DNA of 62,584 nt from Chloroflexota bacterium (lineage in GTDB: Bacteria; Chloroflexota; Dehalococcoidia; Lucifugimonadales; UBA3495). This document shows, piece after piece, positions 57,952 through 62,584 of the stretch; positions within the stretch are counted from its first letter, which is position 1, and each line of letters begins with the position of its first letter. The stretch spans positions 1 through 62,584 of the forward strand of contig JAQBVF010000022.1 of the NCBI GenBank assembly GCA_027623675.1. The letters are read 5' to 3'. A model generated the notes under the pieces. That model saw nothing but the letters and a program-made list of their open reading frames with translations, had not been told where the DNA came from and made no database searches. A program made the position numbers and the translations under genes.

Positions 57952-59740
57952 CGTAATCGCCTCCATCGGTGAGGATAGCCTGGGGAAACCCTTCGGGAGA
58001 TGTGTTTGGCTCGGCGGCCGGCAGGCTGATGAAGAATGCGGAGCCCAAGCCCCTCTGGCTTTCCAGCCATATTTCCCCGCCCATGGCCCCAACCAACTCC
58101 TTGACTAGGTAGAGGCCAAGGCCCGAGCCGTCGATGGTCTCTGTCTCCGGTGTCCGAATTCTGGAGAAAGGCTTGAATAACATCGCTTGGTCTTCGAGGG
58201 CTATGCCCAATCCTTCGTCCTTAACGCCAACCACCACACGTCCGGACGAGGGCTCATGCGCGGCGTGCACGGTTACGGCGCCACCGTCGGGACTGTACTT
58301 GACTGCGTTACCGATGAGATTTATCAACACCTGGTTTAGTTTGTCGGGGTCGCTGGTCACCATCGGCAACCCACTGGGTATATCCACCGAGATTTCGTGC
58401 CCGTTTGTTGCCGGACGGATACTGGCGAGGGCCTCCTGCACCACAACATCCAGGGAGACGTCTTCTTTCTTGATGACGAATGTCCCAGACTGGATACGAG
58501 TCACGTTGAGCAGGTCGTTGACGATACCCGCCAACTGAACGCTATTCCGGTGGACCATGGTCAACCATTCCCGCCGGTTTTCTTCCGTCACATCGCGCGT
58601 CAAGAGCAACTCGGAAAACCCCATGATGGTGGTGGTTGGCGTGCGAAGCTCGTGGGAGGCGAGCGCCATAAATGTCTGGAAGCGCCGGTCCAACTCTGCG
58701 TTCAGCTTGATCTGTTCGTTCAGTCTCAAATTCTCTGCCTCGGCCTGGACACGGTCGGCCATCGTATTTTGCAAGTCGTTAAGAGTTTCCATGAAAGCTT
58801 GGCCCAATTCACGCAACTCACGAGGCCCGGTCTGCTCGACCGGTTCGCCCAAGCCCGACTGCCCACGGGCAGTCCTAACTGCATCGGCGAGGGCGGCAAC
58901 TGGCTTGGTGGCCAGTCTGGCGGTCATGCCGATCCCCACCAGTAAGACTATTAGATCAAGGCCGATCGCAGCCCAAAGGAATTTGCGAATCTGATGTACC
59001 GGACCCAATGCCTCCGCTTCTGTTTCCATATTAACGAGAATGTGGTCGGGAAATCCCGGAATCGCGGCCCGTTGTTGAAGCCATCCATCGATATTCAGAC
59101 CGGGGTCCAAGTCTCCGACGCGTGCGATCCCAGGGACTGACGAGATAAGCACGTCTCCCCCAGGATGGAGCAGCATGCCGTCCGACGTGGCCAATCCGCT
59201 ACCCACTATCCCGGCCACTGTCGCGGGTCCGGCGTCCATGACCATGATGCCTACGGTGGTACCGAGATTCCTCACAGGCACGGCGACGGTAAGTCCGCTC
59301 GCCGTCAGGTCGATGAAATCCTGGCCGGACATGACATCGCCGACCCAAGGTTCGTTTTCGTAGGACATAATCTCACCTGAGTTGGTCGCGATAGGCCGGC
59401 CTAGCTGGTCTGTGATTGAAAGACGGACCGGCGGACCGGGGATCTGCAGGGACCGGAACAGCGGATCAAGGTAGGCCGGACGGCTGGGGGAGTCGGCGAT
59501 GGCGTAAATGATAAGTTCGTTTACGGCCAAAGTCTTGGTGGAATCCACCAACGTTCCCAGGGTCAGCGCGATCACCAAGGCCTGGGTGGCCGCATCCCCA
59601 AGCAGCCGCTCCTCCACCTCTTTCCGAACCGTGCGTTCGGACAACTGATTAGCGCCGATGGAGATTGCCAAGAGCAGCAATACCGCGATGGGCACTGTTC
59701 GCACCAATATGGTGGACAGGAGTCCGCCGGGTTTTCTCAT
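57929..59740 (-). CDS. Membrane sensor histidine kinase (extracellular Cache-like, HAMP, HisKA, HATPase)
   Basis: Two TM segments, SHELRTP, NLIGNAVKYS, DEGLGI, GSGLGL. Confidence 0.92.
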   Translation of the reverse strand: MRKPGGLLSTILVRTVPIAVLLLLAISIGANQLSERTVRKEVEERLLGDAATQALVIALTLGTLVDSTKTLAVNELIIYAIADSPSRPAYLDPLFRSLQIPGPPVRLSITDQLGRPIATNSGEIMSYENEPWVGDVMSGQDFIDLTASGLTVAVPVRNLGTTVGIMVMDAGPATVAGIVGSGLATSDGMLLHPGGDVLISSVPGIARVGDLDPGLNIDGWLQQRAAIPGFPDHILVNMETEAEALGPVHQIRKFLWAAIGLDLIVLLVGIGMTARLATKPVAALADAVRTARGQSGLGEPVEQTGPRELRELGQAFMETLNDLQNTMADRVQAEAENLRLNEQIKLNAELDRRFQTFMALASHELRTPTTTIMGFSELLLTRDVTEENRREWLTMVHRNSVQLAGIVNDLLNVTRIQSGTFVIKKEDVSLDVVVQEALASIRPATNGHEISVDIPSGLPMVTSDPDKLNQVLINLIGNAVKYSPDGGAVTVHAAHEPSSGRVVVGVKDEGLGIALEDQAMLFKPFSRIRTPETETIDGSGLGLYLVKELVGAMGGEIWLESQRGLGSAFFISLPAAEPNTSPEGFPQAILTDGGDYDANATDC

Positions 59741-60157
59741 CTTATTTATTCCCTAAATCGGTTGTCTGGGTATCGAACGCTCCGACACGGACGGTTGACC
59801 CACGGTGAGGAGGGTTGGTCGGAGTTAGATCGGCGCTGTGGCTCTGAGATGTCGTTGACGAACGCTTGGACGGCCTGAAGTTTAATATATATAGATACTG
59901 ACGACGATTGATAGTCTGTCAATGACGGACATGAATCGAATTAGCTAACATTGTTTGGAAGCAAGCAATAACGAGATGTCAAACGGATCATCAATCTTGA
60001 TGATAATTCGTAAAGACATGCTAGCATGCTTTGGGCAGAATAGCGGTTTGAGGCTCGTAGGAATCTGATGCCGGGTTAAACCAACGCTGGCGCCGAGGTC
60101 GGGCTAGCCGCGCGGCATTCCAAGATCAATAAGCGGGCCTGCGCCGAGGCCGCGAAG

Positions 60158-60191
60158 ATAAAAAGCCCTGCGATTTCGCAGGGCTTTTTAT
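60158..60191. terminator. Intrinsic terminator
   Basis: ATAAAAGCCCTGCGA-TT-TCGCAGGGCTTTTTA. Confidence 0.75.
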
Positions 60192-60214
60192 CTGGTCTGC
60201 CGTTTCTGGCGCTG

Positions 60215-60424
60215 CTAACCTGAAAGGTTCAACGGCTGGAATATTCCAGCGTCCAGGTCATAGAAGTGGACCTGGCCGGAGCTTACTTTGGTGGCTACCA
60301 GGGTGTAGTCCATCTTGTACTCGTCATTGTGGCGGTAGATGCGGGCATCCCGCCATTCCTCGGGCAGCAGCGTTTCCCTGATGCGCTTCAGTTGGTCTTG
60401 GACGGGTTCCATCTTTCCCTCCAC
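60215..60424 (-). CDS. Small hypothetical protein
   Basis: Codon usage like host genes; followed by a terminator; start may be 60412. Confidence 0.6.
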   Translation of the reverse strand: MEGKMEPVQDQLKRIRETLLPEEWRDARIYRHNDEYKMDYTLVATKVSSGQVHFYDLDAGIFQPLNLSG

Positions 60425-60546
60425 CAGGCCCTTCCCATAGGGCTACTTTCGGGCCATGGCTGATCGTCAGGCATCTCCCCAAGTTGCTGGAGCATGAGCA
60501 TGCCGTCGATGAACCGCTGGAATATCGCCTGATTCTCTGCTGACAT
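60388..60546 (-). pseudogene. Internally deleted SnoaL/ester-cyclase remnant
   Basis: MSAENQAIFQRF (typical N-terminus) joined directly to D..LMLQQLG (typical C-terminus). Confidence 0.45.
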
Positions 60547-60581
60547 AACTTGGTTCCAACCTTCCGTTGCCGCGCTATGCG

Positions 60582-61454
60582 CTAGCCCTGGCGAACGTAC
60601 TTGTCGATGGCGTCCGGAACCCCGCCCAGATAGATGTCGCCACGGGAGTCGATCCAGCTGCCGTGACCGGAACCTCGGCAATCGAACCGAGACAACACGC
60701 CGCCCTTCTTGTCCAGGATGCTGATGCGGGCCGAGTTGTCGCGTTGGCCTTCGCTGACCATGTAATTGCCGCCGGTGTCCATGGAGATGTCCATCGGGCG
60801 TTGGATGTCGGTCCATATCTCTTTGAACTCGCCGTCCAGGCCGAACACCTGAATCCGGTCGTTCTCACGGTCGCAGACAACGACGTTATCGCCGTCAACC
60901 AGCAGACTGTGGGGCAGGTGGAACTCGTTTTGCGCGCTCTTGCCGGGGACGCCCCAGGACTTCTTGAGTTGGCCGTCGTTGGAGAAACGGTGGACACGGG
61001 AGTTTCGGTAACCGTCGGCCACGTAAAGGTCGCCGGATGCGGAAGGCACCAACTCGGCGGGGTAGTTGAAGGGTCCGGCGGCCCTGGGCACCAGGTCTCC
61101 GGGGTTCTCGCAGCCGGTGTCCGAGTGGACGCCGTGCCGGCCCAGCATCTGGATGGGTTTGCCGTCCAGCGTGTACATGATGCAGACCGAGGTATTGCGG
61201 TCGGTCACGTAGACCACGTCGTCGGCGATGTGGATGCCGTGGGCGAACTCGAACGAACCGTTGCCCCAGGAGCCGGTGAGATTGCCATCCCTGTCGAAGA
61301 TGAGCATGGGCGGCTCCTTCCTCTGGAAGGCGAACACCCGGTCTTGGGAGTCGGTTGCGATGGCGCTGACCATGCCGAAGGTATCGCCGGCGGGCAGCTT
61401 GCCCCAGTTCTCGATCAGTTCGTAGGTGTATTTGCCGGAGCCTACTGTAGCCAT
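60582..61454 (-). CDS. NHL-repeat beta-propeller, peptidyl-alpha-hydroxyglycine lyase-like
   Basis: AHGIHI, FNYPAEL, YVADGYRNSRVHRF, FHLPHSL, VCDRENDRIQVF. Confidence 0.9.
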   Translation of the reverse strand: MATVGSGKYTYELIENWGKLPAGDTFGMVSAIATDSQDRVFAFQRKEPPMLIFDRDGNLTGSWGNGSFEFAHGIHIADDVVYVTDRNTSVCIMYTLDGKPIQMLGRHGVHSDTGCENPGDLVPRAAGPFNYPAELVPSASGDLYVADGYRNSRVHRFSNDGQLKKSWGVPGKSAQNEFHLPHSLLVDGDNVVVCDRENDRIQVFGLDGEFKEIWTDIQRPMDISMDTGGNYMVSEGQRDNSARISILDKKGGVLSRFDCRGSGHGSWIDSRGDIYLGGVPDAIDKYVRQG

Positions 61455-61529
61455 GGTTGATGATCTCCTTGATTGATTTGGAACTTCGTCGGAGGAGCGT
61501 GCTAACGACCGGCGTCTCGGGCGTTGAAC

Positions 61530-61715
61530 AGCGCTTGCAGTACCGATTTAACCACGGCTTCGCCGTCGACGGCCAGTCCCCAGAACAGCGGCCGCTCAAT
61601 CAGGACGGACTTTGCGCCCAGGGCAGGGCCTTGAAGTTGTCGGAACCGCAGCCGATTCCGCCGTCCTGGAAGACCTCCGCCTTGCCTCCAACCTGTTCCA
61701 CAACCTCCAGAAGCT
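61530..61715 (-). pseudogene. C-terminal remnant of FMN-dependent alpha-hydroxy-acid oxidase
   Basis: LLEVVEQVGGKAEVFQDGGI..GSD.FKAL, then a frameshift to ALGAKSVLIERPLFWGLAVDGEAVV. Confidence 0.6.
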
Positions 61716-61720
61716 TCTAT

Positions 61721-62479
61721 ATGGCGATTCCCTTGACCCGGAAACTTCAAGTTCTTTTGATCGGCTTCAATCCTGTTGTTCGTGAAGGCTTACTCGCTAT
61801 CATGGCTAAGGACGATGCCCTTAGCGTTATGGGAGTGTATGACGATGCACGCGAAGCCCTTCTCGAGATGAGACTGGCATCTAATCGGGGGCAGGTCTCA
61901 GACGTCGTATTGACAGAAACGCGGAATGGCCAGGTGGATGGCGCGCTAGTAACGAGGCTGATCAAAGATGAATTCCCAACAGCAGCCGTAATTGTGCTGA
62001 CCGAACTCGATAACGATTCCAACGTCATTGATGTTATCCACGCCGGGGCGGGGGGATATATCTTTCTCAAAGAAATGGAGCCGGCAGTGTTGCTGCAGAG
62101 TATTCATCGCGTGGTGGAAGGGGGGACGCAGATGAAGACGGATCTGCTGCGCCGGGCCGTGGACGCCCTGATTCAAAACGGGCGAAAGACGTTGGCAGAG
62201 CGCACGGCTGAGGCCGCTCACCTAACACCCAGAGAGGTGGATGTGCTGAGGCTCATGGGCAATGGAGATGCCAACAAGGGGATCGCCCAAAGTCTTTCCA
62301 TCAGCTTGGATACGGCCAAGAAACACGTGCAGAACGTGATCAGCAAGCTGGATGCGCGCAGCCGTACCCATGCCGCGATCATCGCCGCGCAGGCCGGGAT
62401 CGTAGGAAGCCCCATAGCTTCGTTGATGCCTCTTTTGGAAGATGAGGAAGATAAACCAGCAGAAGACGGACCAGCTTAG
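61721..62479 (+). CDS. NarL/LuxR-family regulator with atypical receiver domain
   Basis: LTPREVDVLRLMGNG..NK.IA..L.IS..TAKKHVQNVISKL HTH; receiver fold N-terminal; start inferred. Confidence 0.85.
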   Translation: MAIPLTRKLQVLLIGFNPVVREGLLAIMAKDDALSVMGVYDDAREALLEMRLASNRGQVSDVVLTETRNGQVDGALVTRLIKDEFPTAAVIVLTELDNDSNVIDVIHAGAGGYIFLKEMEPAVLLQSIHRVVEGGTQMKTDLLRRAVDALIQNGRKTLAERTAEAAHLTPREVDVLRLMGNGDANKGIAQSLSISLDTAKKHVQNVISKLDARSRTHAAIIAAQAGIVGSPIASLMPLLEDEEDKPAEDGPA

Positions 62480-62584
62480 TACCGGATAACACCTGCCAAC
62501 CCTCCTTTTACTAGGTTCTGTTGACATTTCATCTTAGCCAGATGAGCGTGCTGACGAAGTGAAGAAATCCGAGGTAGGTCACGG

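Noticed and set aside
59741..60150. AT-rich intergenic region as ncRNA or origin
   Set aside because: No DnaA boxes, clear repeats or known RNA motif seen; most likely the kinase promoter region.

Overview
GC-rich bacterial chromosomal segment of about 55 genes. Gene content suggests Chloroflexota (Dehalococcoidia/SAR202-like): two LLM flavin oxidoreductases, small Zn-ribbon/SWIM proteins, PAC2 and hspR-grpE-dnaK. This placement is inference from family recognition, not from a search. Housekeeping genes include alaS-ruvX, tRNA-Gln(UUG), ribH, dnaJ-prmA, rny-ymdB-PHP, recA-recX, trpS, acuC, selD and dnaK-grpE-hspR. Highlights: (1) two selenoproteins missed by the ORF track, SelD with U17 and a glutaredoxin-like Uxx-star protein ending G-T-U-D-F-stop, both followed by similarly placed SECIS-like hairpins; (2) a radical SAM enzyme of the MJ0619/Tes (tetraether synthase)/TrsS type with a methyltransferase, upstream of a divergent PlsY paralog; (3) an ino1-pimA-like-PIP synthase operon, i.e. 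an actinobacterial-type phosphatidylinositol mannoside route; (4) a lipoprotein NirK; (5) a tRNA-adjacent VapC TA module with a fused antitoxin and palindromic operator; (6) an atypical kinase-PP2C pair, an Asp-less LuxR regulator, a foreign-looking insert in alaS, a REP-like element, several decayed gene fragments and many short tandem duplications. No CRISPR array, rRNA, transposase or integrase was seen.
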